DNA from: an uncultured cyanobacterium
Lineage (GTDB): Bacteria > Cyanobacteriota > Cyanobacteriia > Cyanobacteriales > CAWCAG01
Length of the DNA stretch: 64,000 bases
NCBI GenBank assembly: GCA_963793425.1
Contig: CAWCAG010000005.1
Span: 96,001 to 160,000 of the forward strand
Direction of reading: 5' to 3'
Shown: positions 9,407-19,721 of the stretch, piece by piece
How the letters are laid out: every line of letters begins with the position of its first letter
How positions within the stretch are numbered: position 1 is the stretch's first letter
The notes under the pieces: generated by a model
The model's input: only the letters and a program-made list of their open reading frames with translations
Database searches by the model: none
Told to the model about the DNA's origin: nothing
Translations under genes and position numbers: made by a program

Positions 9407-10696
9407 ATGATCCAAACATCAACCAAACTCCCCTCTTCCACCCATCAATTCGCCGATGTTATTCATCGCCTAGAAGCTGGTGGCTCAATGCTACCAGATA
9501 CTCCAGAAAACCTCATGCAGATCATCGGCATCTACAAAGCCTATGCTGTACCGATGGATTTTTACTGGCGAGACTTGCTTTATATCGCAGAAAGAATATT
9601 TCTCAAACCTCTGCCCTTCTTTAAATACTTCCTGCCCCAAGAATATTTAGACTTGCATAATCATTATGCTGGTGAAGATGCTGATTTAAGAATTTGGCGA
9701 GGAGAGGCAACCGCCCATCCTGAATTACTAGAGTTTATGGAAAAAGGGGAAACCGTCAAAATGCCCAAACTCTTCCATCATCTCTGGCATGATCGCATCA
9801 ATATGGAGTTTGCAGAAGCTTGTATGCGGGCAATGCTGTGGCATGGCAGGGATATGGACTTGGGTAAGTTTGATGCTTACCTTGATACTGATGAATACAA
9901 AGCTAACGCAGATAAGGCAATCAAAGCCTACTTTAAAAAAAATCCTGCCATGTTGGGGCTATATAAACTCTTCCCTGATATGTTCCTTGAACAAGTAAGG
10001 CAGCTATCCTACTACTCTAACCTAGGTTTATTCTGGGAAGTTATGGCTCCAGTCTTTTTTGAAATGTCTGATGTTTACGATGAAGGCGGGTTTAAAGGTG
10101 TCCCTGATGCGATGAACTTTTTGGTTAATGGCATTTTCGCTGTTGCAGGCAGACCAATTTACCACCATGCTTATATTGATGGGGAATGCTACGAAATTAT
10201 CCCCAAATCAAAGGGGTTTACCTGGTTATACGAAGCTGCATTACCCTACGTCGAAGCTGTCTTTTATCGCACTGCCCCTTTCCGTGGCACAAAGTCCTAC
10301 AATGCCCAAGCAAAACAAGTTCCTGAACAGCAAAAAGATTTCCACTACGGCATCTTATACGCTGATGTTTTCCCCGTTGGTACGGCAGGTATTCCCCCAA
10401 CATTATTAATGGATGATATGTATCATTTTCTGCCTGATTATCTTCAGGAATACTATCAAAAACATTGTCGAGGGGAAGAAGATATTTTGATTCAACTCGG
10501 AGTTACTTTTCAACGTTCAATGTACAACGTTACCTCCGCAGTAATCCAAGCATTGCGTCAAGCTTTGTTATATCCTTTAGATGACCAAAACCCCAAACAT
10601 TTACGCAAAAATCGCGCCTTTTTTGAATCGCAAATAGACCGTTTTTTGCGTCCTGAAGCTCGGTTAAAAGATATTCAATCTCAAGATTATCGGTAG
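9407..10696 (+). CDS. cupA: CO2 hydration protein CupA/ChpY (high-affinity NDH-1 CO2 uptake)
   Basis: HRLEAGGSMLPDTPENLMQIIG, LWHDRINMEFAEACM and GTAGIPPTLLM. ATG at 9407 gives 429 aa, a CupA-like length. Confidence 0.93.
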   Translation: MIQTSTKLPSSTHQFADVIHRLEAGGSMLPDTPENLMQIIGIYKAYAVPMDFYWRDLLYIAERIFLKPLPFFKYFLPQEYLDLHNHYAGEDADLRIWRGEATAHPELLEFMEKGETVKMPKLFHHLWHDRINMEFAEACMRAMLWHGRDMDLGKFDAYLDTDEYKANADKAIKAYFKKNPAMLGLYKLFPDMFLEQVRQLSYYSNLGLFWEVMAPVFFEMSDVYDEGGFKGVPDAMNFLVNGIFAVAGRPIYHHAYIDGECYEIIPKSKGFTWLYEAALPYVEAVFYRTAPFRGTKSYNAQAKQVPEQQKDFHYGILYADVFPVGTAGIPPTLLMDDMYHFLPDYLQEYYQKHCRGEEDILIQLGVTFQRSMYNVTSAVIQALRQALLYPLDDQNPKHLRKNRAFFESQIDRFLRPEARLKDIQSQDYR

Positions 10697-10700
10697 CAGC

Positions 10701-10726
10701 TTAGAAGGTGCGATCGCACCTTCTAA
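10701..10726. terminator. Perfect 26-bp palindrome centred on HIP1, probable cupA terminator
   Basis: TTAGAAGGTGCGATCGCACCTTCTAA is its own reverse complement. It starts 4 nt after the cupA stop and is followed by TTT. Confidence 0.6.
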
Positions 10727-11194
10727 TTTCAAATTAGTAATGAGAGTTTCTTGTCGCTTTAAAATAGTTACTTGATTGGTGATGAAGTTGATTTTTATTA
10801 AAATATTGGTAATCTGATTAATAAGAATTAGCGAAGTTATTCTGAGGAACTGAAAGTTCTGAGAAAAGAGGTGTTGCGAAATGATGCTGCCTTAATCCGA
10901 GAGCAGTATCTTAGGAGGAAACTTATTGGCAAAGGCAATGTTGCTGTTGCTGAGATTCACCTCAAAGGTAGCATTACTTTGTATAGAAATACAAGTTTTT
11001 TGGGACTTGCCATATCCCCCCTAATCTTTTCTGAGGTAGAAGTTAATGATGAAGTTAGCATTAAGCAATTCTGCAAGCAATAATTTAGCCTTGTTTAATA
11101 ATCTACCCAGTCATTTCAAAACCAAACTAGCTGAGATATGGCAAAATTCTTATGGGGAACTTTATGAACCAGTAAGCTGTTAAGCATTTAAACT

Positions 11195-11614
11195 GTGGAC
11201 TTTGATATAAATAAGGTTGTCTCAAGTATCTCAGTAAAGACTGAAAAAAAGTTAGGAAGTTTGCAAATATTATATGAAGCTTTAGATGTTTATCTTAGTG
11301 CAGCAAAAACTCTTGATGAAAATCAGTCATTAGAGGCGTTGATGGATATTTTAGATGGCTGTTTGGAAGGTTATGCTCTATTCGGCGGTTCCGCTGGGAG
11401 GCGAGATTTATTTAACTGGTGGTTGTTAGATGTGGTTCCCGCAAGCTGGAGTTTGCAACCTCCAACTTCTTTTTGCAAAGTAAATAATTCACCAAATACA
11501 AAGATAATAGTATCTCGTCAAAAAGAAATATTAGATAGGCTTCTTAGTATTATCACTGACGAGAGTACTTTTTTGACCTTTTATTACGACAGTAGAAGAT
11601 TTGAAGCTTATTGA
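11195..11614 (+). CDS. Hypothetical protein
   Basis: 139-aa ORF with protein-like composition (LDGCLEGYALFGGSAGRRDLFNWWLLDVVPASW); no family recognised. Confidence 0.55.
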   Translation: MDFDINKVVSSISVKTEKKLGSLQILYEALDVYLSAAKTLDENQSLEALMDILDGCLEGYALFGGSAGRRDLFNWWLLDVVPASWSLQPPTSFCKVNNSPNTKIIVSRQKEILDRLLSIITDESTFLTFYYDSRRFEAY

Positions 11615-11630
11615 TTTTGGATAGTTATGA

Positions 11631-12032
11631 TCATCCCATCAAAATAACATTATCAATAACGTGAATCACGCCATTATCTGCTTCAATATCAGCAGCAATT
11701 ACTGTGGCATTTTTCACTTCAAAATTATCAGAGCAATCAATAGAAATAGGTGCGCCTTCTAAAGAAATAACTGAGTCAACTTCTGCTAAATCAGCTTTCA
11801 TTAACTTACCGGAAACAACGTGATAAGTGAGGATTCGGGCTAATTGCGGGATATTCTGTACTAAAGTTTGAATTGTTCCTGGAGGAAGCTTCGCAAAAGC
11901 AGCATCTGTGGGGGCAAATACAGTAAATGGACCAGGACTTTTTAGAGCTTCAACTAAATTAGCTGCTTTAACCGCAGTTACTAAGGTGCTAAAGCCTTCT
12001 GTATTTACAGCAATGTCAACAATATCAGCCAT
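11631..12032 (-). CDS. cupS: Fasciclin-domain protein CupS
   Basis: 133 aa with no signal peptide; [19 protein letters not shown] and [14 protein letters not shown]. Lies close to cupA. Confidence 0.88.
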   Translation of the reverse strand: MADIVDIAVNTEGFSTLVTAVKAANLVEALKSPGPFTVFAPTDAAFAKLPPGTIQTLVQNIPQLARILTYHVVSGKLMKADLAEVDSVISLEGAPISIDCSDNFEVKNATVIAADIEADNGVIHVIDNVILMG

Positions 12033-12126
12033 ATTTTTAAATTAAAATGTCCAGCATTTATTTCATTAATATTAAACTATATCAAGGAAAGATTCTGCTT
12101 AGACCACTTATCATACTCAAATTGCT

Positions 12127-12155
12127 TTGACAACGAGTAACTCTTGCCCTATTAT
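12127..12155 (+). promoter_or_regulatory. Sigma70-type promoter TTGACA-N17-TATTAT for the sRNA
   Basis: TTGACA at 12127-12132, a 17-nt spacer, TATTAT at 12150-12155; predicted TSS about 12161-12162. Confidence 0.8.
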
Positions 12156-12160
12156 ATGAA

Positions 12161-12225
12161 TGTGTGAGGAGCGAACCAGTTGAGAAGACCGAGACGAAAC
12201 ACGGCCAGTCGTCGGTCTTCTTTCT
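12161..12225 (+). ncRNA. yfr2: Yfr2-family small RNA
   Basis: 5' end TGTGTGAGGAGCGAACCAG. Stem AGAAGACCGA/TCGGTCTTCT encloses a GAAACACGG loop and is followed by a T-rich tail. Consensus promoter upstream; family recognised from memory of its motifs. Confidence 0.78.
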
Positions 12226-12264
12226 GATCATAATTAAAGGGTAAAATAATACCTCCCAATCTTC

Positions 12265-14682
12265 CTACTTTAAGTAAGCAACAGTCACCCCTGCCCCCCC
12301 TTCATTTTGCGGCGCTAACTCAAAACGTTCTACTTGGGGATGTTGGCGCAAGAATTCTTGAACTCCTTGGCGTAAGCGCCCTGTGCCTTTACCATGAATA
12401 ATCCAGATAACGTTGCCAGAAACCGCAATAGAAGCGATTCCATCATCTAATTGCCTTTCTGCATCTGCTACTCTTTCCCCGCGAATATCTACAGTATTTT
12501 GGGAAGTTCTCACCGTCGGGGCGTTTTTCTTGCTAGCTGCTTGGGCAGGGACAGAAGAAGACTTTTGTTTAACCGAGACTTCTGCTTTCTTGCCATCTAA
12601 AGATTCAATTTCTCCTAAAGAAACATTCATCTTCATCAAGCCGAAGCGAACAAATAATTCTCCATCACTATCGGGAGTACTTAAAACCTCCGCTGTTTGT
12701 CCTAAGCGAGGAATGCGGACTCTTTCACCGATTTGGGGTTGATAACCTGGTTTGGGAGGTTTGGGTTTATCTTGCTGTGGTAACTTAGTTGCAGCAATTT
12801 TATTGAGTGCTGCCGTTGCTTTCTGGGCATTTTGACCAATTTTGGGCTTTTGTTGCAAATCCCTAATTACTTGGGCAACTTCTTCTTTTGCTTCAGTAAG
12901 TACCTTAGTAATTGCTTGTTCTTGGGCAAGTTTCAAATCTTTTTCCCTGGCTTCTAAAGTACGAGCTTTTGCTAAAATCTGCTCATAAAACTTTTCTGCT
13001 TCTTGAACTAATTTTTTGGCTTGTTGCGCTTTTCCTTCCTGTTCTCTTCTTTGGGCTTCTAAGCCAGCGATGACTTCATTGACATCACTATTAACTTCTC
13101 CCATCAAGCCTTGTGCTTTCTCTACAACCTCTGTAGGCAAGCCCAAACGTTGGGCAATGGTTAAAGCGTTGGAACGTCCAGGAATGCCCCAAAGAAGGCG
13201 GTAAGTGGGGGAAAGGCTTTGATCATCAAATTCTACTGAAGCATTTTCAAACCGTTCATCTTCATACTTCAGAGCCTTGAGTTCTCCATAATGAGTGGTG
13301 GCGATGGTAAGCTGAACTCGCTCTGCTAAATATTTTAATAAGGCGATCGCTAAAGCGCTTCCTTCAGCAGGATCTGTACCTGCACCCACTTCATCTAGTA
13401 AAATTAAATGAGGTTGAGGGGAAGAATGCTCATTTTGAGAGGAAATAGCTTCTATTACCCTAATGATACGGCGGATGTGACCAGAAAAAGTAGATAAACT
13501 TTGCTCCAAAGACTGTTCGTCACCAATATCGGCCAAAACCTGCTCAAACCAAGGCAATTCTACAGGTTCAGTGGCAGGGACAAAAATACCTGCTTTCGCC
13601 ATTAATGCTGTTAAACCCAAGGTTTTCAGGGTTACGGTTTTGCCCCCTGTATTTGGTCCGGTGATGGCAACAACTCTAATTTGTGGTTCAATTTGCACAT
13701 TAATCGGAACCACTTCTGTTCCCTGTTCATGCTTTTGTTGCCAAACTAGTAAGGGATGGCGTAGGTTGCGTAGGGTGATGGTTTCACCTTGTTGCCAATT
13801 AACAAAATTTGGTACATTTCCTTCTAACCACAGGCTATAACGGGCTTTGGCTGTGGTTAAATCCAAAGTTGTTGCTACAAACAATAAATGTTCTAAATCT
13901 TCTTTAATCTCCCCTATCTGCTCTGTTAACCCTCGTAAAACCACTTCTTCTTCATTTTTTTCCTGACGCTGTAATTGACGTTGTTGGTTGCCTAAATTAA
14001 CTACACTTCTTGGCTCTACAAACAAGGTTGCCCCAGTACTAGAAGTGTCGTGAACTATACCAGGAATAGCATCTTTTTTAGGGGCTTTCACTGCTAAAAC
14101 AAAGCGATCGCTCCTTTGGGTAACGACCTGTTGTTGTAAGGCGCTGCCTTGCCGCTGCATAATATTCTGAAGCTTCTGATAAATCTGCCCTCGCAAGGCT
14201 TTAAGTCGCCCCCGAATCTCCCCTAACTTAACGCTAGCGCGATCACTAACCTGCCCCCTTTCATCAATGCAACGATGAATTTCCTGCTCAAATTCTGGAT
14301 AGGTACGTAATTGGGTAACTAAAGCTTTTAAGTTAGGAATTTCTTCTGGTTGGTCATCAATTAAGCGACGCAAGCGCCTCATCGCAGCTAAGGTTGTAGC
14401 AAGAGCAAGTAATTCCTCCCCCGTAAGCACTCCTCCCAATTCTGCCCTAGCAAGGGAGTCACCAAAATCTTCAATACCTTCAAAAGATAACCCTTGTAGC
14501 AAGCGCAATTCCAACTCATAAACTTCTTGAGTTTGAGCGATTAATTTTCGGCTTTCTTCTTGACTATCACTAGGTTTTAGGTTTTCAGCAGCTACCATAC
14601 CTAGCTTAGTAGAAGCAAAAGTAGCTAAGTGTTGGCACAAACGGGGCCATTCTAATAATGCTAGTGTTTCTGATTGAATCAA
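12265..14682 (-). CDS. mutS2: Endonuclease MutS2
   Basis: ITGPNTGGKT, ADIGDEQS, LLDEVGAGTDP, TTHY, a KOW-like segment and a C-terminal Smr domain (IIHGKGTG). Confidence 0.96.
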   Translation of the reverse strand: MIQSETLALLEWPRLCQHLATFASTKLGMVAAENLKPSDSQEESRKLIAQTQEVYELELRLLQGLSFEGIEDFGDSLARAELGGVLTGEELLALATTLAAMRRLRRLIDDQPEEIPNLKALVTQLRTYPEFEQEIHRCIDERGQVSDRASVKLGEIRGRLKALRGQIYQKLQNIMQRQGSALQQQVVTQRSDRFVLAVKAPKKDAIPGIVHDTSSTGATLFVEPRSVVNLGNQQRQLQRQEKNEEEVVLRGLTEQIGEIKEDLEHLLFVATTLDLTTAKARYSLWLEGNVPNFVNWQQGETITLRNLRHPLLVWQQKHEQGTEVVPINVQIEPQIRVVAITGPNTGGKTVTLKTLGLTALMAKAGIFVPATEPVELPWFEQVLADIGDEQSLEQSLSTFSGHIRRIIRVIEAISSQNEHSSPQPHLILLDEVGAGTDPAEGSALAIALLKYLAERVQLTIATTHYGELKALKYEDERFENASVEFDDQSLSPTYRLLWGIPGRSNALTIAQRLGLPTEVVEKAQGLMGEVNSDVNEVIAGLEAQRREQEGKAQQAKKLVQEAEKFYEQILAKARTLEAREKDLKLAQEQAITKVLTEAKEEVAQVIRDLQQKPKIGQNAQKATAALNKIAATKLPQQDKPKPPKPGYQPQIGERVRIPRLGQTAEVLSTPDSDGELFVRFGLMKMNVSLGEIESLDGKKAEVSVKQKSSSVPAQAASKKNAPTVRTSQNTVDIRGERVADAERQLDDGIASIAVSGNVIWIIHGKGTGRLRQGVQEFLRQHPQVERFELAPQNEGGAGVTVAYLK

Positions 14683-14766
14683 GGCTTATACTGCTTTGCA
14701 CCAACTCAAAAGTATCTCTTTCTTTATTATTAACAATTTTCGTGGTTGATTGCTAATGGCTCATGG

Positions 14767-15156
14767 TTAATAGAGTTTTTTGTTAATGAAAAGTCCTTCT
14801 TTGGCATGGAAATAAATGGGATCAGGAGAAATGGCGATCGCTCTTTGATAGCATTCCTGGGCATTACCATAAGCACCCATTTCCTGGAATAGCTGCCCCC
14901 TATTGAACCAAGCTTGATGATATTGAGGATTGAGGGCAACAGCACGATCATAAGCAGCAAGGGCCTGGCCGTATTGCTTAAGGGCAGATAAAGCATTACC
15001 ATAATTATTCCAGGCTGGACAAAACTTAGGCTCAATGGCAATAACTTGCTTGAAAGCTGCGATCGCTTCTGTGAATTCCCCTGCGGTGCAGCATTTTAAG
15101 CCTTGGGCATATAAATCTTCTTTGCTATAGTTGCGGCTTTGAGTAGTGGAGGTCAT
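14767..15156 (-). CDS. Tetratricopeptide repeat protein
   Basis: About three TPRs (AWNNYGNAL, AWFNRGQL). Confidence 0.85.
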   Translation of the reverse strand: MTSTTQSRNYSKEDLYAQGLKCCTAGEFTEAIAAFKQVIAIEPKFCPAWNNYGNALSALKQYGQALAAYDRAVALNPQYHQAWFNRGQLFQEMGAYGNAQECYQRAIAISPDPIYFHAKEGLFINKKLY

Positions 15157-15221
15157 AGTTAAATCTTATTTTCTAAATGTTATCCTAATCTAATGACAAA
15201 CTTAAATTCAAAATTAAAACT

Positions 15222-15413
15222 ATGATTCTTCCTGGAGCTACAGTTCGTGTTAGCAATTCTGAAGATACTTACTTTCAGTTTCAAGGTATAGTACAACGAG
15301 TTAGTGATAATCAGGCTGCTGTTTTGTTTGAAGATGGTAACTGGGATAAGCTAGTTACCTTTAAGGTTGCTGAATTAGAGTCTGTAGATTTAAAGAAAGG
15401 CAAGAAAAAGTAA
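15222..15413 (+). CDS. ndhS: NDH-1 subunit NdhS
   Basis: [10 protein letters not shown]...[26 protein letters not shown]. Confidence 0.93.
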   Translation: MILPGATVRVSNSEDTYFQFQGIVQRVSDNQAAVLFEDGNWDKLVTFKVAELESVDLKKGKKK

Positions 15414-15469
15414 CTAATGAGCGTATATAGACACACAACTTAGCTAAACACTTTTAACTTGTACTTGTC

Positions 15470-16138
15470 ATGCGCCTTCCCCTACCTCAATTTGCCACTG
15501 ATAATCGTCCCGATAATTACATAGCAGAGGTAATCGAAACTACCACTACAGAATTTTTAGCTCAATGTTTAGAACCAGAAGAGTTAAGTTTTCCTGCTAT
15601 GCCTCCTTTTGGTAGCTGGGTGAAATCTAGAGATGAAGAATCTGGCAACAAAGTTTTAGCGGTTGTCACCTATGCTACCACCAGTCCTATTGATTCTGTC
15701 CATCGCGCTAGGGCTTTAGGATTATCTTTAGAAGAGTTGCGCGAACAACAACCTCAGATTTTTGCAATGCTCAAAACTGAGTTTCGTTCAGCGATTGTCG
15801 GCTTTGAAGTGCCACAATCTTCTGGTCATGCTAACAATGGTAGTAGTGGCAGAGTTTATCAATATTTGCCCCCGCGCCCCCCTCAAATTCACCAAGCAGT
15901 TTACCGCTGCGATGATGATGAAGTGATTCGTTTTAGCGAAAATCTCGATTTCCTGAGAACTTTGTTAGTTGTTCAAGGAGTACCTGTAGAGTCTTTAGCG
16001 GCTGCGGCAATACGAGAAATTTATCGTTTACGTCAAGGAGATCGTCAGTGGTTAGTTAATGCCGGGAGAACGTTAAGTTTGCTACTTAAAGATGATTATG
16101 AGCGCTTGCAGTATATTTTGAGTCAAATTCATTGGTAA
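15470..16138 (+). CDS. Stand-alone HAS-barrel domain protein
   Basis: IAEVIETTTTEFLAQC, PPFGSWV and YQYLPPRPPQIHQAV; conserved cyanobacterial family. Confidence 0.75.
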   Translation: MRLPLPQFATDNRPDNYIAEVIETTTTEFLAQCLEPEELSFPAMPPFGSWVKSRDEESGNKVLAVVTYATTSPIDSVHRARALGLSLEELREQQPQIFAMLKTEFRSAIVGFEVPQSSGHANNGSSGRVYQYLPPRPPQIHQAVYRCDDDEVIRFSENLDFLRTLLVVQGVPVESLAAAAIREIYRLRQGDRQWLVNAGRTLSLLLKDDYERLQYILSQIHW

Positions 16139-16153
16139 GAAAATTAATAGCGA

Positions 16154-18931
16154 TCAATTTTGCTTAATGGGAATAGAAATAGAAAACTCCGTCCCTTCCC
16201 CCGGATAAGAAATAAATTCTAGTTGCCCGTGATGTTTTTCAGTGATAATTTGATAACTAATAGAAAGACCTAAACCAGTCCCTTTACCAATAGGTTTGGT
16301 GGTGAAAAAAGGATCAAAAAGATGACTTTGAATCTGATCAGGAATACCAACACCACTATCTTTTATCCTGATTCTTACTAAATTTTTATCTCTGTTACTT
16401 ACTTCGCTACGAATGCGAATAGTACCGGGGTTTTGCTTAACTCCTTCCTCACTAAGACCCTGATTACGCTCTTCCACCGCATCGATGGCATTACTAATTA
16501 GGTTCATAAAAACTTGATTCATCTGTCCTAAATAACAATCCACTAAAGGGATATCTCCGTATTCTTTAATTACTTTAATAGGTGGATATTTAGATGTTGC
16601 CTTGAAGCGATGTTGCAAGATCATTAGAGTACTGTCGATGCCTTCGTGAACATTAACATTTTTCATTTCTGTACCATCTTGGCGGGAGAAATTCCGTAAA
16701 GATGAGACAATTTGTTGAATACGCTCTGAACCTACCCTCATAGAATTGAGCAATTTAGGTAAATCACTCAGGAGAAAATCTAGATCAATTTCAGCAATTT
16801 TCTTTTCAACTTCTGGAGTTGTGGCAAACTTTTGTCGATATAACAGCACCAACTCAGCTAAATCCTGAGCATAATCATTAACATAGGTAAGGTTGCCATA
16901 AATAAAGTTGACAGGATTATTAATTTCGTGGGCAACTCCAGCAACCAAATGTCCTAAGCTAGACATTTTCTCGGTTTGAACTAGTTTTCCTTGGGTATGG
17001 CGTAATTCCCGCAAAGTTTGTTCTAAATTCTGTGCTTGTTTTCTTAATTGTTTTTCTGAGTTACGTAAAGCTTCTTCTGCTGCTTTGCGATGGCGAATAT
17101 CCCTAGCCACAGCAGAAGTATATTCAACTTCACCGTTTTCTGCTTGATGAGCCATAGCTACTTGAGATACAGGTATTCTTGTACCGTCGCGGTGTTGCAA
17201 GATATTTTCCCCCACCCAAACACCATCTTCAACAAGAGTAGGAATGAGGGTATTTTCTAACCAATCAATTTGATACTCTGGCACAATATTCCTCATTGTG
17301 AGTTGAGTAATATCTTCATTTATACCAATGCCTAACATTTTGCGGCCAGCTTGATTGAGATAAGTAAGGTTGCCTTGTATATCAGCCGTCGCGACTAAAT
17401 CTGTGGTGGCTTCTAATATAGCTAAGAGTTTGGCTTTTTCCTGCTCTGCTAATTTACGTTCAGTTATATCACGGGTAATAGTTGCTAAGGCTATGGGTTG
17501 CTTGGTTTGGGGGTTATTAATCGTGAAGAAGTGGAAATCCACAGGAATGGGGTTGTAGCTTTGGAAGTGCTGGAAACGAAATTCTCCTTGCCAATAACCT
17601 TGTTTCAAAACCTGGGGGATTAGTTCTTGTTTTACATAAGTGCGGTCTTCTGGTAAAAAGAAATTAATAATTGGCTGGGTTTTAGCTATTTCTAAAGATT
17701 GTAGCCCGACCAACTCTAAACCAGCAGGATTAAGGTAAAGAGGCTCTCCTTGTAAAGAAACAATACCAATAAAATCAAAGCTTTTTTCTATAAGGGCAAC
17801 TAATTTTTGTACCTCTTCTTCAGCCCGTTTGCGTTCTGTAACATCTGTAGCAGAAATTAGCACGTAGGGAAAAGAATTTCCTGGTAAAAATAGAGGTCTT
17901 TTCACTGTTTGTACCCAGCGAGTTTCACCTTCTGCATTAGTGAGAGGCTCTTCCGGAATAAACTTTTCTGCTAAAGTAGTCATAACCTTGCGGTCATCTT
18001 GAAGAAACTGCTCTACTTCTTCTGGGTTGCTAACAAAATCTGCCTCACTTTTACCAACAAGATTTTCAGGGGTTGTCCCCAAAGCATTAGCGAAGGTGCG
18101 ATTGGCAAGGACAAATTTACCATCCCAGTCTTTAACCAAAAGCCAATGGGGTGTTGTGTCAATTACCTTTTGTAATAGTCCTTGTTGAGCTTGTAGAGCC
18201 TCTTCCGCCTCTTTTCTATCAGTTATATCACGAGCTATAGCATAAATCTTCTGCTGTTCCAGCATTGGTGTGGCAGTCCATTGTAACCATTTGTAAGACC
18301 CATCTCTACAGCGATAGCGATTTTCAAAGGAGATATAAGCGCCTCCTTGAGTTATTCTCTTGGCTGCTGTGGCAGTTGTTTGTTGATCTTCAGGATGAAC
18401 AAATTCTAAAAAGGGTTTTGCCATTAATTCTGCTAGAGAAAACCCTAAAGTATGTTCCCAAACAGAATTAAGTTTCTCGAAGTAGCCATCAAAACTTGCC
18501 AAACACATCAAATCTGGTGAAAGCCGAAAAATATCATCCCAAATAATTTCTTGCTGTTTGCGGGTTGTCACTATTTCACTGGTAACTATCAAACCCTCAA
18601 TGTTGTTACTGTGATTGCGCCAAGGTTTGATTTTCCACTTCACCCATTCTTGGAACCCATTAGGAAGTTGTAGTATTTCTCCTTCAGATTTATAGGATTC
18701 TCCGGCTAAACAATTTTGATGAATTTTCTGCCAATAGTGAGAGGTATTGGGGAAAACTTCATAGTAAGATTTGCCAATAATTTTTTGATTAAGACCGTAA
18801 TCATCAAGCCAATGCTGGCTGGCTAAAAGATAGTGTAAGTTGGTATCAAAAATGGCGATCGCCACTGGAGATTGTTCAACTAAGACTTGCAATAGGTCAC
18901 ATGAAGATTGACAAGAGGTTGAAGCAGTCAT
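16154..18931 (-). CDS. Multi-PAS cytoplasmic sensor histidine kinase
   Basis: About five PAS/PAC units ending in DITxRK, H-box AHEINNP, QVFMNLISNA, DSGVGI and FFTTKPIGKGTGLGL. Confidence 0.93.
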   Translation of the reverse strand: MTASTSCQSSCDLLQVLVEQSPVAIAIFDTNLHYLLASQHWLDDYGLNQKIIGKSYYEVFPNTSHYWQKIHQNCLAGESYKSEGEILQLPNGFQEWVKWKIKPWRNHSNNIEGLIVTSEIVTTRKQQEIIWDDIFRLSPDLMCLASFDGYFEKLNSVWEHTLGFSLAELMAKPFLEFVHPEDQQTTATAAKRITQGGAYISFENRYRCRDGSYKWLQWTATPMLEQQKIYAIARDITDRKEAEEALQAQQGLLQKVIDTTPHWLLVKDWDGKFVLANRTFANALGTTPENLVGKSEADFVSNPEEVEQFLQDDRKVMTTLAEKFIPEEPLTNAEGETRWVQTVKRPLFLPGNSFPYVLISATDVTERKRAEEEVQKLVALIEKSFDFIGIVSLQGEPLYLNPAGLELVGLQSLEIAKTQPIINFFLPEDRTYVKQELIPQVLKQGYWQGEFRFQHFQSYNPIPVDFHFFTINNPQTKQPIALATITRDITERKLAEQEKAKLLAILEATTDLVATADIQGNLTYLNQAGRKMLGIGINEDITQLTMRNIVPEYQIDWLENTLIPTLVEDGVWVGENILQHRDGTRIPVSQVAMAHQAENGEVEYTSAVARDIRHRKAAEEALRNSEKQLRKQAQNLEQTLRELRHTQGKLVQTEKMSSLGHLVAGVAHEINNPVNFIYGNLTYVNDYAQDLAELVLLYRQKFATTPEVEKKIAEIDLDFLLSDLPKLLNSMRVGSERIQQIVSSLRNFSRQDGTEMKNVNVHEGIDSTLMILQHRFKATSKYPPIKVIKEYGDIPLVDCYLGQMNQVFMNLISNAIDAVEERNQGLSEEGVKQNPGTIRIRSEVSNRDKNLVRIRIKDSGVGIPDQIQSHLFDPFFTTKPIGKGTGLGLSISYQIITEKHHGQLEFISYPGEGTEFSISIPIKQN

Positions 18932-19362
18932 AAAAACTGGGTGTTGAGAGTGGCGTGAAAACCTTGAAAAATCAGTTTAAGGAAGCTTGATTAAAGCTAG
19001 AGTACCCTGACTTAGTATAAATAGGAACAAGCTTTGATGGTAAAGTGATTGCCGCTGCTTATTTTCATGCTCTCAGTTTCAATTAGACTCTGAGCTAACA
19101 ACTTTAAGAAAATTAACACTTTATTTCTTTGACAAGCAAACTGAATGACATTAGCCTAATAGCGAGTTAATCTGAGGGAACTGGGGAATTTCAAAATTGA
19201 ATTAGTTGCAATAGCCATGACTTTTTCTTTTTAAAAGAGAGTAAAGTTGCTATTTTTTACTGTTTTTCTCATCTTTTTGCGAAATTATAGTCTATAGACA
19301 CAATTCTTTCATCTCAAACATGAGCGATCAGTTAACCACATTATGCAGAATAAGTATGAATC

Positions 19363-19716
19363 ATGGATACCCACAAACGTATCAGCCTTGCCATTGCAGG
19401 AGATGTTAACCAAAAGAAACTAGGCAACTTGAGAATTGCTAGTTCCCAACAAGATAAAAACCACCTCCAGCGTCGCAAACAGCAAAGGGCGATTGATGAA
19501 GCAATGATCAAGGTTGCTTTGCTCTACGGGCGCAAACATTTCCACAAAGGAGCGACGGTTTTTACCCTCAATGACCGTAGTTTAAGATATACTCCTTACT
19601 CACGATTTACTGATGCCTTAAGAGGCTTGCGAGTAGTTTGTTTTGGTGGTTTACCCAACCCCAGAATTCTCACTACTTACTGGCATCTAGATACAAAAAA
19701 GCGGGTGAGAAGATGA
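19363..19716 (+). CDS. DUF4258-like small basic protein
   Basis: HLQRRKQQRAI helix and C-terminal LRVV...ILTTYW, as in DUF4258-type proteins. Confidence 0.5.
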   Translation: MDTHKRISLAIAGDVNQKKLGNLRIASSQQDKNHLQRRKQQRAIDEAMIKVALLYGRKHFHKGATVFTLNDRSLRYTPYSRFTDALRGLRVVCFGGLPNPRILTTYWHLDTKKRVRR

Positions 19717-19721
19717 AGAAT

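Noticed and set aside
10871..11083. 70-aa ORF between cupA and cupS
   Set aside because: No recognisable motif; may be a decayed fragment but cannot be supported.
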